This document shows positions 38,501 through 47,121 of a DNA stretch of 64,000 nucleotides, in pieces. The stretch spans positions 24,642-88,641 of the forward strand of contig JAJTYZ010000041.1 of assembly GCA_021463515.1 (NCBI GenBank), in the 5' to 3' direction. The notes beneath the pieces were generated by a model. That model did no database searches, had not been told where the DNA came from, and worked only from the letters and a program-made list of their open reading frames with translations. The position numbers and the translations under genes are program-made. The stretch's first letter is position 1. Each line of letters begins with the position of its first letter. The DNA comes from Chthoniobacterales bacterium (lineage in GTDB: Bacteria > Verrucomicrobiota > Verrucomicrobiia > Chthoniobacterales > JACTMZ01).

Positions 38501-38611
38501 ACAATAGCGAGAAAATTTTTTGCCGATACCCACGATTCGGAATCGAATGTTTTGCATCTGACTTCTCAACCAGGCGAAAGTCTATGGTATCAACTTATTC
38601 CATCTAACTGA
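35561..38611 (+). CDS. large secreted glycoside-hydrolase-like protein (CBM-like N-domain plus GH42-like core); specificity unknown
   Basis: 1016 aa. Signal peptide, CBM4/9-style HLTNGGFEKDGGWDV, and a GH42-like segment FYTTPWPDYSEPAVRAFRTWLHQKYQTEERLRTAWHQPDATF that lacks the Cys cluster. ATGA overlap with the previous gene. Confidence 0.55.
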   Translation: MNFLYSFLLAAAWLSAGLLCAADISKLEAQLDSPEESVRSNAATALLSLGEEGRNILRRRAAGHNHAALEAITALRGDPSLINDPALREGMKRWLEQSQTVVNPPFPDPASHLTNGGFEKDGGWDVRLEDGAEALIEYAITPIRSGTRSLRFRRINAAGTAYLRSADPVKIPAGETAIARVYFHADNADFVNTLRLRFEDSAGNVTAGDEYSGALRQSQTFAQNTPAGQWIKRVGVLPAQPHEREVWLRLYWDGNPGDIWLDDFTFPSRPYAYAHTAPLRPLPGVGYAGTSDEKPRTASVIRRDDRTVLLRDGKPSVPVLYHTIQADFGDYAQMGQQAGLQWQIVTVPFQQHPIMRQKYPPGFDYWCEDGSFDVNGALRFIGEAASRMPEESTMLLGLYISWPKSWTAKNLDSRWKAEDGTYAMGSLGHLLGFGSELPPDQQWWLSPFHDASMEEVVRGIKLLVEAARKEPWFSRVGGCFIAGGHDGQFYTTPWPDYSEPAVRAFRTWLHQKYQTEERLRTAWHQPDATFSQATIPSFNAALKRSETFFDPTHDQALVDYRACLDERGMRIREIIAEAFKESAGKPVIALTWEMSGAIGYSVESIFLKSKFLDGLAPQPSYALRLPGLSGGIPAPLASFNMNGKLCIKELDLRTWLRSGEKDVDNQRVSAAMTPEAFRTINRKETGPMIAAHQGFWYYDIGNTHFRDPAMLDEIGEVRKIADDVYPKANHFHSQMAVVHCGDAGLWEVPTRSGPSALSLLQNFNTNALNASGVPYDAYFLRDFMKLVDLSHYRLIIFPNAWRLTDAERQWIEQNLKKDGRHLVWCYATDFLSEDKSSREKLIGMRTQMARSGALKAFASVKEMSLDKKRLVGIAEITFRMYEGMITASNLPRFTIDDSNIEEIARYEDGKVAAARRRFADWTSIYFAMPAGLDPTTVNALARDAGAFCASKPGLLVNMNSNFLSVHVLEAGGYDIQLPKSTIARKFFADTHDSESNVLHLTSQPGESLWYQLIPSN

Positions 38612-38613
38612 TT

Positions 38614-39318
38614 ATGAAAAAAACTCATCTTATACCGTTTTTATGTGTTCTAGTTGCATCTTCGTTATCTGCAGAAACTTTACTAGAAGAAGGATTTGAG
38701 TCTTTTACGAATGGGTACTCACTCATTGAGCAGTCGTCGAACTGGAAGGCAGGTGGTGCTGGAGAAGTTAACCCACAGGGCAGTGCGATGATTCAAGCTC
38801 CGGATGGATTTGCTGGTAATGATACAAAATATCTAACGACCACCCCCGGCGGCGGTGAGGTAACGACAGAAAATGTGTTTGTCGAATTTCCTGTCACTGG
38901 AGGTAATCTAACGCTTCAGGTTGATGTCTTGCCACGGGTTGGAACGGGCGGAATTCTGCTTACTTCGTTGGAAGGTTCCAATCAGCATCCCGTGGTAATT
39001 CAATTTTTCGGGGCATCTAATGTCTTGCGTGCTGTTTCCAAGAAAGAGGATGGTTTGGTTGAGTTGGTGGAATTTGGGAAGTTTCAACTGGGACGCTGGT
39101 ATCGTGTTACCGTGAAATTGCGGTTTGAAACGGCGGAAGCGGGGGGAATCTATGAGATTTCCGTCATAGATCTTGCCGATGGAAGTGTGGTGGGTGAGTC
39201 TGCAGGTTTACATTCGCCAACGTTGGTGCACAACATCAATGGCGTCATTTTAAGCGCAACTTTCGGTGCAACCTCTCTTTATGGATGGGATAATCTACGC
39301 GTCGAAACGAATCCATAA
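38614..39318 (+). CDS. secreted hypothetical protein, LamG/lectin-like beta-sandwich (tentative)
   Basis: 234 aa with signal peptide MKKTHLIPFLCVLVASSLSA. Begins ETLLEEGFESF and ends WDNLRVE, similar in style to the PEP-CTERM protein at 34136. Confidence 0.5.
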   Translation: MKKTHLIPFLCVLVASSLSAETLLEEGFESFTNGYSLIEQSSNWKAGGAGEVNPQGSAMIQAPDGFAGNDTKYLTTTPGGGEVTTENVFVEFPVTGGNLTLQVDVLPRVGTGGILLTSLEGSNQHPVVIQFFGASNVLRAVSKKEDGLVELVEFGKFQLGRWYRVTVKLRFETAEAGGIYEISVIDLADGSVVGESAGLHSPTLVHNINGVILSATFGATSLYGWDNLRVETNP

Positions 39319-39375
39319 AAAACTTGGGCAGAATTACTTGCCTATTGAGTTCAACTTTCCACTTCTTTACTAAAT

Positions 39376-41877
39376 ATGAAACCACCTCGTCTCACTGAAA
39401 CCACCAGCGGATACCACATTGAAGGAAATGATTTTGAACTGGAGTTTTCGCGAGAGAGCGGCCCCTTTCCGACCGCGCTGGGATTTCTCGGGGAGGAGCA
39501 TCCGCTGGTGCGGCCCGGGGACTGGCGGATCGCGTGGGAGGAGGGCGGCGCGGTTTATCAGTCGGCGAGGGGAGGGCACTCGAGGGTTGCCCGGCTGGAG
39601 GAAAGTGTGGTGGTGAGCTTTGATCAAATTCCTTTTGCTCTTGCCGATGGAACCCAGCATCCGGATTTGAAAATTTCGCTCGAATACGAAATATTCCGCG
39701 ATGGTACGGGGTTTTGCGTGTTTTTTCTGCAAGGCGAATCTTTGGAGGGGGCGGCGGTGGAACGGCTTTCTTTGCGGATGGGATTTGCGCCACAGCCCGC
39801 GTGGAATACGGACTGGGCTTATTGGCAATTTCCGCCGTCCATAGACAGCTCGTGTATCCAGGCGTTGTCACGCTTTGGGCGGAAAATCCCGGCTTGCGAA
39901 TCCCGCGAATTTCTAGGAGAAATCGCGCCGTTTGTGGCTTTCGATGCCGGGGAGGATTGGCGACGAACGCACCATTTGGAGTTTTTCCTCGAAAGTGCTG
40001 TCGGGCTGTCGAATACCGCCGAGGAAGTTTCTACCCGTGTCGGGTCGGAAGGCGACAAGCTCGGCGTGACATGGAATATCCAGGATCGTCCGTGGCAGCG
40101 GGAAGCCGGGCGTTCGATATTTTATCGAAATACGTTCGGATTTTGCCTCACGCGGATACCGCGCACGCTCAAACGTATGCCACTGCGGATTTATCATTAT
40201 TTTGACAACTTCCAAAAATATCCTTCGGCGGAGGTGATTGCCGACATTCGGCGGGCTGGGGCGGACACGTTGATCCTGCACGAAAACTGGCGGCAGGATA
40301 TCCGCAATAGCGAAATTCCTGCCGATGCGGAGGCTTTGCAGGCCACGCTGGATACTTGCCACAAAAACGGAATTCGCTGCGGTCTCTATTTTCGCGGAAA
40401 TGAGGATGGCATCCGGGAGCGGCAGGCGGATTTTTTAGCTTCCTATCTTCGTAAAAATTGGGATGGACTTTATCTCGATTACGGGACGCCTTACATGTAT
40501 TTGGGGCACGAGGAATTTGCACCGGGGGGGCGGATTCATTTTCGGGAGTACCATCGCATGTTGCGGAAGTTGAGGGCATTGGTTGGCGAAGAGGGGTTTT
40601 TATTGAGTCACTCCGGATCATTTTTCTCCGCCCTCGCGCATGCGTCTTTGGATGGCTATTACGGCGGCGAGCAGGAGCAGGGGAAGTTGCTGGAGAACCG
40701 TGAGCATCATGCGTATTTCGCCGGGTTGGCGGTGGCCCCAGCTTATTGGTGGACGGCAGCCTTCCCAATTTATCGTTCGCAGAAGGCCGTGGCGATGATG
40801 GCGGCCACTCTGCATGCCCCCGTTGTGAATTTGGGAACGCAAATCCCCTGTTGCTCCTTGCGTCAGCCGCCTTCGCCTGCCTCGAATGATTTTGCTCGGG
40901 GTCTTTGGATGTTGTGGGGGCTCATGGATGGTTGCGGGCCTTTGCAGGTACGCGACACGCATCGTTCGCCGGAGGTCTTTGTTTGCTCCGAAGAGACCGT
41001 GGTGCCGACGGCTCTTTGGGATCGAGAGGGGAATGGCCTTGTCACGGTGGCGAATTTGTCTGCCGAGGCCGTGGTGGCGAGTTTGGAGATTCGGGAAAAG
41101 ACTTGGGTCGGATGTGGCGAAAAATTTTTAATTTCCCTGCGCTGGGAGGGAGATCGGGCGAAAATTGATTCCCCGCAGCCGTTTGTCGAGGAGCGGATTC
41201 CAGAGTTCCATCTGGCACCTTACGAGGTTGCCGGGTGGCTGATTACGGCGGACCCGTCCGCATGGCAGGCGCGTTTAGACGAGCGGAGTCAGGCGCCGAT
41301 TTGGTTGAGCAAGGAAACGGCGGAATGGGAGGCCTTCGTCGAAAAGCAGGGCACGTATCGTGCGGAAGCCCCGCCGTGGGCGGATGGCTATTTGCAACTC
41401 TTCTTTCTCAATTGGCCGAATTCTTATGAGGATTCCATTTGGAAGGACTTGTTTGACAATGATCTCGTTCTGGAGGCGTTGGATTTGTCGGGGATGGAGC
41501 GGAACGGGAACGCGGGCGTCTCGCCTGCGTTTGGTTTCGATGGCGGGCAAGATGCCCACGCTCCAGTCTTCCGATTGGGGTTTTTGGATCGCTTGGGGAT
41601 TCACCCCGTAGCAGGCAAGCCGGCAGATCGCCTCTCGGCTCAAGACCGCTCGCCATGGATTGATCTTCGCAAAGTCTTGGCAGACGTACCTGCGGGTTTT
41701 CAACCGACGCATCTTCGCCTCGCTTCGCGTAAAAACGGCGTGCCATTTTATCTTTTCTTCGGCATCCATCTTTCGCCGGAACCTGCGCTGACAGCGGATT
41801 CCCGGATGTTGGAGTTCTGCGTGGATTTGGATAACGATTGGTCTGCTCTTGTTTTTCCAATCGGTAAAGCAGGCTGA
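39376..41877 (+). CDS. hypothetical 833-aa protein, possible TIM-barrel glycoside-hydrolase-like enzyme
   Basis: Long ORF with no signal peptide. The central region (DTLILHENWRQD...CHKNGIRCGLYFRGNEDG...WDGLYLDYGTPYMY...GFLLSHSG) looks like a (beta/alpha)8 sugar-processing domain. I recognise no family. Confidence 0.45.
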   Translation: MKPPRLTETTSGYHIEGNDFELEFSRESGPFPTALGFLGEEHPLVRPGDWRIAWEEGGAVYQSARGGHSRVARLEESVVVSFDQIPFALADGTQHPDLKISLEYEIFRDGTGFCVFFLQGESLEGAAVERLSLRMGFAPQPAWNTDWAYWQFPPSIDSSCIQALSRFGRKIPACESREFLGEIAPFVAFDAGEDWRRTHHLEFFLESAVGLSNTAEEVSTRVGSEGDKLGVTWNIQDRPWQREAGRSIFYRNTFGFCLTRIPRTLKRMPLRIYHYFDNFQKYPSAEVIADIRRAGADTLILHENWRQDIRNSEIPADAEALQATLDTCHKNGIRCGLYFRGNEDGIRERQADFLASYLRKNWDGLYLDYGTPYMYLGHEEFAPGGRIHFREYHRMLRKLRALVGEEGFLLSHSGSFFSALAHASLDGYYGGEQEQGKLLENREHHAYFAGLAVAPAYWWTAAFPIYRSQKAVAMMAATLHAPVVNLGTQIPCCSLRQPPSPASNDFARGLWMLWGLMDGCGPLQVRDTHRSPEVFVCSEETVVPTALWDREGNGLVTVANLSAEAVVASLEIREKTWVGCGEKFLISLRWEGDRAKIDSPQPFVEERIPEFHLAPYEVAGWLITADPSAWQARLDERSQAPIWLSKETAEWEAFVEKQGTYRAEAPPWADGYLQLFFLNWPNSYEDSIWKDLFDNDLVLEALDLSGMERNGNAGVSPAFGFDGGQDAHAPVFRLGFLDRLGIHPVAGKPADRLSAQDRSPWIDLRKVLADVPAGFQPTHLRLASRKNGVPFYLFFGIHLSPEPALTADSRMLEFCVDLDNDWSALVFPIGKAG

Positions 41878-42150
41878 ACTTTGCTTCATCGGGAAAGTTC
41901 ATGTTTAGACCTCTGTGAGGATGTGGAAAATCCGATAGGGTACGGAAGAAGGTATTCGTCGCCCGCACTTGCCTCGTCGCGCACACGACGCATAAGGTAC
42001 ACTTCGGGCGTTTCTGCAATTCTTTCCTGACCAATAAAAATCATCATCATCTCGAACTCCAATTACACGATAAAGTAAACTTTATTGTATGCTTTTCCTC
42101 CGCCAGAATTGGCTTAAAAAACATGAATCCCTTTGTGGAGCCTTGAAAAC

Positions 42151-42179
42151 TTGACAAAGAAGATGCTCCATCTTAGAAT
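42151..42179 (+). promoter_or_regulatory. near-consensus sigma70-type promoter upstream of the beta-strand-repeat protein gene
   Basis: TTGACA (42151-42156), a 17-nt spacer, then TAGAAT (42174-42179), about 30 nt upstream of the TTG/GTG start. Confidence 0.5.
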
Positions 42180-42209
42180 AACACTAACTTAAACGTATAT
42201 TGGTTTTTC

Positions 42210-44735
42210 TTGTGTGTGAGTCATTATAAAAAAAAGGAATTTGAAATTACTCGATATCTGAGTCTTCTCTTTGGTGTCATGTTCGTCTTTTTGTCTGTGG
42301 CGCATGGACAGACATGGGACACAACGGCTAATAATCGCCCGTGGGGCAATGCAAACAACTGGACGCCTACAAGCGTGCCTGATGCAGTGGATGCCACGGC
42401 GACGCTGGGGACGGTCATCACGGCGAATCGAACGATTAATGTCAATGGAAACTATACGATTGGAACGCTTAATATTGATAGCAGCTACAATTATCGGTTG
42501 AACAACAACAGTCTGACTTTTGATGTTTTCTCGGGTTCGGCGGCACTGAATGTCACGAATTCGGGATCTCCTCGAATTGACTCGGATATTGTGTTGGCGG
42601 ATGACCTTATTGTGACGCATGGCGGTACGGGAATGTTGAGCTTGAGGGGAGAAATTTCTGGCACTAAGAAACTCACGTTGGAGGGGAGTGGGGTGACTCT
42701 TCTTGAAGGAAGCGGGTCCAATACTTACACCGGAGACACGACGGTAAATGGCGGCGAGTTACGATTGGATAAGAGTGGCAATGCCATTGTTGGTTCGCTG
42801 GTGATTGGAGATGGTACGGGGACGGACATCGTTCGCCTCATGGATGACAACCAAATAGGTAACACCAATACCGTCACGCTGAAATCGTCAGGGCAGTTCC
42901 TTTTTAACGGAAGTTATACGGAAACGATTGGGAGCCTCGATATGACGGGCGGCCTTGTGAACACCGGTTCCGGGACGCTGACGCTCTCAGAGAATCCGGC
43001 GATTGTGACGCACGCTTACAGTAATTCGGCGCAAATTCAAGGGAACATCCTTTTGCAAGGCACAAAGACGATTGAAGTGGCGAATGGAACGGCTGCCGTG
43101 GACCTCGATATTTCGGCGAACATCGGAGACATGTGGTATACGGCCATTACCAAAATGGGGGATGGAACGATGCGGCTCTCGGGAAGCAATAGCTTTAATG
43201 GTGCCTTGGTGATTTCTAATGGTGTCGTCATTGCGGCGAATAATAACGCCCTTGGTGCCACCAATACTTGGGGAAACACCGTAGCGAGTGGTGCCGCCCT
43301 CCATCTTACCGGTGGTGTGAATGTGGTGGAAGGCGGGATGGATATTTCGGGCACCGGTCCCGATGGCAATGGAGCCTTGGTGAGCATTTCAGGATCCAAT
43401 AGTTACACAGGCTCCCTTACGGCTGCCGATGCAGCAACGGTTGCAGCTTCTTCGGGGGCGAATCTCACCTTGAACGGCAGTATTTCTCTATCTAAAGATT
43501 TGACTTTTTCTGGCGCAGGAAATCATGTCGTCACAAGCTCTGTCTCGGGTTCGGGAGTGATGGCGAAAACAGGGACGGGAACGCTTTTATTGAGTGGCTC
43601 GAATAGTCTAAGCGGCCAACGGCTGGATGCGTTGGAAGGAACAGTGGAGTTAAATCGCCCGGGGGTGACCTTAAATACCTCGGAGGGGCCAACGGTTGGA
43701 ACGACTTCGGGGCCGACGGCAACGTTGAAGCTCCTTACGTCCGATCAAATTCGAGACGATCATTATGTCACCGTCCGCGAGTCCGGAACATTTGACCTCA
43801 ACGGCAACAATGAAGGCGTCGCCGGATTGAAGCTTTATGGAGGCGCGTTGCAAAGTGGGGCAGGCACCCTTTCTATTGTCAATGCCGGCGGGGATGAAAT
43901 TCACGCGTATTCTTCGAGTCAGACGGCGACCATTTCGGGCAATCTTAAATCGGACCTCGCCCAAGGAATCACGATCAACACCGAAGATGGTTCGCAGGCG
44001 ATTGATCTCAATATCAGCGCGGCCTTTAGCGGTTCTGCATCGAAAGTCACCAAGACCGGAGCGGGCGTGCTCCAATACTCTGGAACAAATGCCAATACTT
44101 ACACAGGGCAAACCATCGTGGACGCAGGGATTCTCGCGCTTAATAAAACAGCCGGGGTGGACGCCATTGCCGGGAGCTCTATTAAGGTCAATTCCGGTGG
44201 AACGCTCCGCTTGGACAATAACAATCAGATTAAAAATTCCACCTCGCTCATTCTTAATGGAGGCACTTTTTTGACCGGTGCCTCCACGGGGTACTCGGAC
44301 ACTCTCGATACGCTCACACTTTCTAGCTCGTCCACCATTGATCTCGGAACCGGCTCGCATCAGTTGACTTTTAACGACAGCAGTGCGATTTCGTGGACGG
44401 GAACGCTTACGATAAGCAACTGGACGGGAGTGGCCGCAGGATCGGGGACGCAAGGGCAGATATTTTTTGGGGTGGGGGGACTTACGTCAGCGCAGTTGGC
44501 GCAGGTTCAATTTGAGGGTTTCAGCCCAGGCGCGATGTTGTTGCCGAGCGGGGAGCTGGTGCCGATTCCGGAGGCGCGGGAAATAGCAGCGATTTTGGCG
44601 GTGGTGGTGATTATTTTTTGGAAGGAGCGGCGGCGGCTGCGATCGGCATTGGCATTCTGTCAACAAGGACGCGGAAAGAAGATCATGGGCAAGATGCCGA
44701 CACAGCGTTCGCATTGGCACTCACTGTTTGAATGA
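42210..44735 (+). CDS. autotransporter-associated beta-strand repeat (PATR) surface protein with a PEP-CTERM-like anchor
   Basis: Signal peptide LSLLFGVMFVFLSVAHG. Repeated G.G.L.L.G.N.YTG.T.V..G.L units (GSGSNTYTGDTTVNGGELRL, SGTNANTYTGQTIVDAGILAL, ...). C-terminus VPIPEAREIAAILAVVVIIFWKERRRL. The start is TTG at 42210 or GTG at 42216. Confidence 0.85.
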   Translation: MCVSHYKKKEFEITRYLSLLFGVMFVFLSVAHGQTWDTTANNRPWGNANNWTPTSVPDAVDATATLGTVITANRTINVNGNYTIGTLNIDSSYNYRLNNNSLTFDVFSGSAALNVTNSGSPRIDSDIVLADDLIVTHGGTGMLSLRGEISGTKKLTLEGSGVTLLEGSGSNTYTGDTTVNGGELRLDKSGNAIVGSLVIGDGTGTDIVRLMDDNQIGNTNTVTLKSSGQFLFNGSYTETIGSLDMTGGLVNTGSGTLTLSENPAIVTHAYSNSAQIQGNILLQGTKTIEVANGTAAVDLDISANIGDMWYTAITKMGDGTMRLSGSNSFNGALVISNGVVIAANNNALGATNTWGNTVASGAALHLTGGVNVVEGGMDISGTGPDGNGALVSISGSNSYTGSLTAADAATVAASSGANLTLNGSISLSKDLTFSGAGNHVVTSSVSGSGVMAKTGTGTLLLSGSNSLSGQRLDALEGTVELNRPGVTLNTSEGPTVGTTSGPTATLKLLTSDQIRDDHYVTVRESGTFDLNGNNEGVAGLKLYGGALQSGAGTLSIVNAGGDEIHAYSSSQTATISGNLKSDLAQGITINTEDGSQAIDLNISAAFSGSASKVTKTGAGVLQYSGTNANTYTGQTIVDAGILALNKTAGVDAIAGSSIKVNSGGTLRLDNNNQIKNSTSLILNGGTFLTGASTGYSDTLDTLTLSSSSTIDLGTGSHQLTFNDSSAISWTGTLTISNWTGVAAGSGTQGQIFFGVGGLTSAQLAQVQFEGFSPGAMLLPSGELVPIPEAREIAAILAVVVIIFWKERRRLRSALAFCQQGRGKKIMGKMPTQRSHWHSLFE

Positions 44736-45639
44736 GCGCTATAACTTCGTCGTGGGCCTTCCACGGGGAGAGCCAATCGGCGGGGAGTATTATCGGTGAA
44801 AACTTTGCGCCATAAACAAGTCCAAGAATCAAACCACGAGCGGCACTATCGCCGCCGGCGGTGGCGTTTTCGATCAGGGCGGTCGTCGGATCATCAGGAT
44901 AGCGCAGCAGGAGATGACAGTTTCCTTGGAAGGCTCCGTCCGTGTTGCAACTGAGGCCGTGTGTTTTTAAGGCTGCAGAATCTGAGGCGTCGGATTTGGC
45001 GGAGGCGTGGGCGTCTTCGAACCATTTTGCGGGGAGAGCCGACCAAGTTTTTGCGTTCTTAACGGAATCCAGTGCCTCCGGAATCGTGGCACCGGAGCGA
45101 AGGGCGAGAATGACACGGCAAAAAAACTCGGCAGATTCTACCACCTGTTCTTGAGAATGCGTGAAGGCAGTTTCGTTCCGCACAGCTTCAATGAGAGCGT
45201 TATCGTTTGGCCACGAGAGCAAAAACAACGGACCGATGCGGACAGCACCGCCAATGTCGTGGGAGTCAGAACCGGCGCGTTCTGGTGATAGGCCGGATTG
45301 TAGATGTTCGAGTGTTTTACGAGTGGCTCCGTCCCGGTAGGAGATGGTTTTTGGATCTTCCCAAAACGCCCGCCAACGAGCGGCGAAGTGCGATAAATCG
45401 AAACGGCCGTCTTTCGCTATGGAGCGCAGTAACAGCAAGGTCTGATCGCCATAATGGGTAAGGTCACCGGCGGATTTTCCCTGATGGTAGCGGGCAATGG
45501 GATCATGCAGCGAAGTGACACGTCCAAGTTTGGCGTGAATTTCATCTTGGTCGTAAATCCAATGCGGCCCGAGAGCGAGCGCATCCCCGAGGAGGGAAAA
45601 GCAAAGCATGTCGCCGGCGTTGTTGGATGGATTTTGCAT
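44683..45639 (-). CDS. ADP-ribosylglycohydrolase-family protein
   Basis: Motifs LLGDALALGPHWIYD, DLTHYGDQTLLLL, GSDSHDIGGAVRIGPL and ENATAGGDSAARGLILGLVYG. I prefer the ATG at 45639 over the ORF-track start at 45732. Confidence 0.75.
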   Translation of the reverse strand: MQNPSNNAGDMLCFSLLGDALALGPHWIYDQDEIHAKLGRVTSLHDPIARYHQGKSAGDLTHYGDQTLLLLRSIAKDGRFDLSHFAARWRAFWEDPKTISYRDGATRKTLEHLQSGLSPERAGSDSHDIGGAVRIGPLFLLSWPNDNALIEAVRNETAFTHSQEQVVESAEFFCRVILALRSGATIPEALDSVKNAKTWSALPAKWFEDAHASAKSDASDSAALKTHGLSCNTDGAFQGNCHLLLRYPDDPTTALIENATAGGDSAARGLILGLVYGAKFSPIILPADWLSPWKAHDEVIALIQTVSANANAVSASCP

Positions 45640-45765
45640 GGGATGTTGTATTTTCAAAAAAGGTAAGCCTCCTTTTTTGCGCTTGCGAATCCATGAAGTC
45701 AAATGCTCGTCAAGATGCTTTGGCTGGTTCATCGAATGCTAAACGCGTAAAAACGGAGGCGATCC

Positions 45766-46299
45766 ATGAAAAACTTCCTCGTCATTTTCTTATCAATCGT
45801 TGTTGTCATTCTGGCACTTCAATTGGCGCGCCAACAACCTGCGGCACCTACGTACGCGTCTGAATCTGCACCTGAATCTGTTGTTGAAGTTGTCACGGCT
45901 GTTGAGCCGCTTCCCGCAGGCGCGCCTTCGCAGCCCACAGCTGTTTCAACGCCGAAAAAGCAAACGCCTGCGCCTGAGATTACGGCACTTGCTCGTTCGC
46001 TATTGGATGCTTCGGTCGCGGGAAATTTTGAAGCGTTCAAGCGCGTGGTGGCGTCGCATGGCGATGCACACATGCGGCGTGTGATGTCGGAGCCCTCTAC
46101 GGCAGAAACTTTTCGCCGTGCGAGTGCCGTGATTGGCCCGCCATGCCGTGATGGCTACGCCTTAGATTCCCTCGGATCGCTGGTTCAGACAGGGCACAAA
46201 GTTCATCTTTGGCGATTACGCCCGAAGGCGGGTGAGGATGAGTTTCTCGTGCGCCTGACGATGCGCGGCGATCGCTTGGCGGGATTCTTTTTCCAATAA
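45766..46299 (+). CDS. hypothetical membrane-anchored protein
   Basis: 177 aa. N-terminal TM/signal anchor FLVIFLSIVVVILALQLA, a Pro/Ala/Glu-rich linker, and a small C-terminal domain. Confidence 0.55.
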   Translation: MKNFLVIFLSIVVVILALQLARQQPAAPTYASESAPESVVEVVTAVEPLPAGAPSQPTAVSTPKKQTPAPEITALARSLLDASVAGNFEAFKRVVASHGDAHMRRVMSEPSTAETFRRASAVIGPPCRDGYALDSLGSLVQTGHKVHLWRLRPKAGEDEFLVRLTMRGDRLAGFFFQ

Positions 46300-46349
46300 A
46301 CGCCGTGCGGTAAAAATCTTAAATCTTGCAAGTATTAGGGAGACTAATT

Positions 46350-47117
46350 ATGGTTCCCGCCATGTCCGTGGCCCCTGCTTCTACTGGAGTGCGTCAGCCC
46401 AATCCCTTGCTGACCTTCGCAAAATCCTCTATCGGGAAAAAATGGATCGTCGGCATTTCCGGTGCGCTCCTGATTATTTTCGTCCTCGGTCACCTCGCGG
46501 GAAACCTGACTATTTACATTGGCCCTTATGGTGAAGGGATCAATGTGTATGCGCAGACGCTTCACGCGAATACGTTGTTTTTGTGGGGGGCACGGATTGG
46601 CCTGCTTGTGGTTTTTATCATTCACATTTTCACCGCGTTATTAGTGGCTCGTGAAAACTATCAGGCGAGGCCGCAGCGTTACGCGGTTCACAAGCATATT
46701 CAAAGCTCCATCTTTGTTCGTACGATGGTGCTAAGCGGCTTGCTGATTTTGTGCTTCCTCATTTTTCACGTTTTGCAATTTGCTTTTGGCATCAATGGTT
46801 ATTCGCACTTGATAGATGCGGAAGGGCGGCATGATGTGGCGGCGATGATTATCCTGAGTTTTCATCATCCTTTGGTTTCCGGATTTTACCTCCTAAGCAT
46901 CATCATTCTTGGTCTGCATTTGAGCCACGGAATTTCCAGCGTGTTGCAGACCTTTGGCCTCAATGGGCGAAAAACTTTACCGACGGTAAAAATAGCAGCC
47001 ATCATTGCGGCATGGGTCCTCATGGCAGGATTTGCCAGCATTCCCGTGGCGGCAGTGACCGGATGCCTCAAAGTTTTACCTTCCGACAAACGCCCTGCGG
47101 CTGCAGCGATTCATTGA
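46350..47117 (+). CDS. sdhC: succinate dehydrogenase/fumarate reductase cytochrome b subunit (b558, 5-TM type)
   Basis: Polytopic protein with conserved His residues in TM helices, directly upstream of sdhA. ATG at 46350 preceded by AGGGAG. Confidence 0.8.
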   Translation: MVPAMSVAPASTGVRQPNPLLTFAKSSIGKKWIVGISGALLIIFVLGHLAGNLTIYIGPYGEGINVYAQTLHANTLFLWGARIGLLVVFIIHIFTALLVARENYQARPQRYAVHKHIQSSIFVRTMVLSGLLILCFLIFHVLQFAFGINGYSHLIDAEGRHDVAAMIILSFHHPLVSGFYLLSIIILGLHLSHGISSVLQTFGLNGRKTLPTVKIAAIIAAWVLMAGFASIPVAAVTGCLKVLPSDKRPAAAAIH

Positions 47118-47121
47118 AACC

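Noticed and set aside
41876-41900. Hairpin GAACTTT-N11-AAAGTTC right after the 833-aa gene, as a possible terminator.
   Set aside because: The stem is AT-rich and no T-tract follows (ATGTTTAG). This is too weak to call.
45640-45765. A/T-rich hairpin AAAAAAGG-N7-CCTTTTTT (about 45655-45677) resembling a bidirectional terminator.
   Set aside because: It sits in a divergent promoter region, or within an unlikely N-terminal extension of the ADP-ribosylglycohydrolase ORF. It is not downstream of any gene, so a terminator role is implausible.
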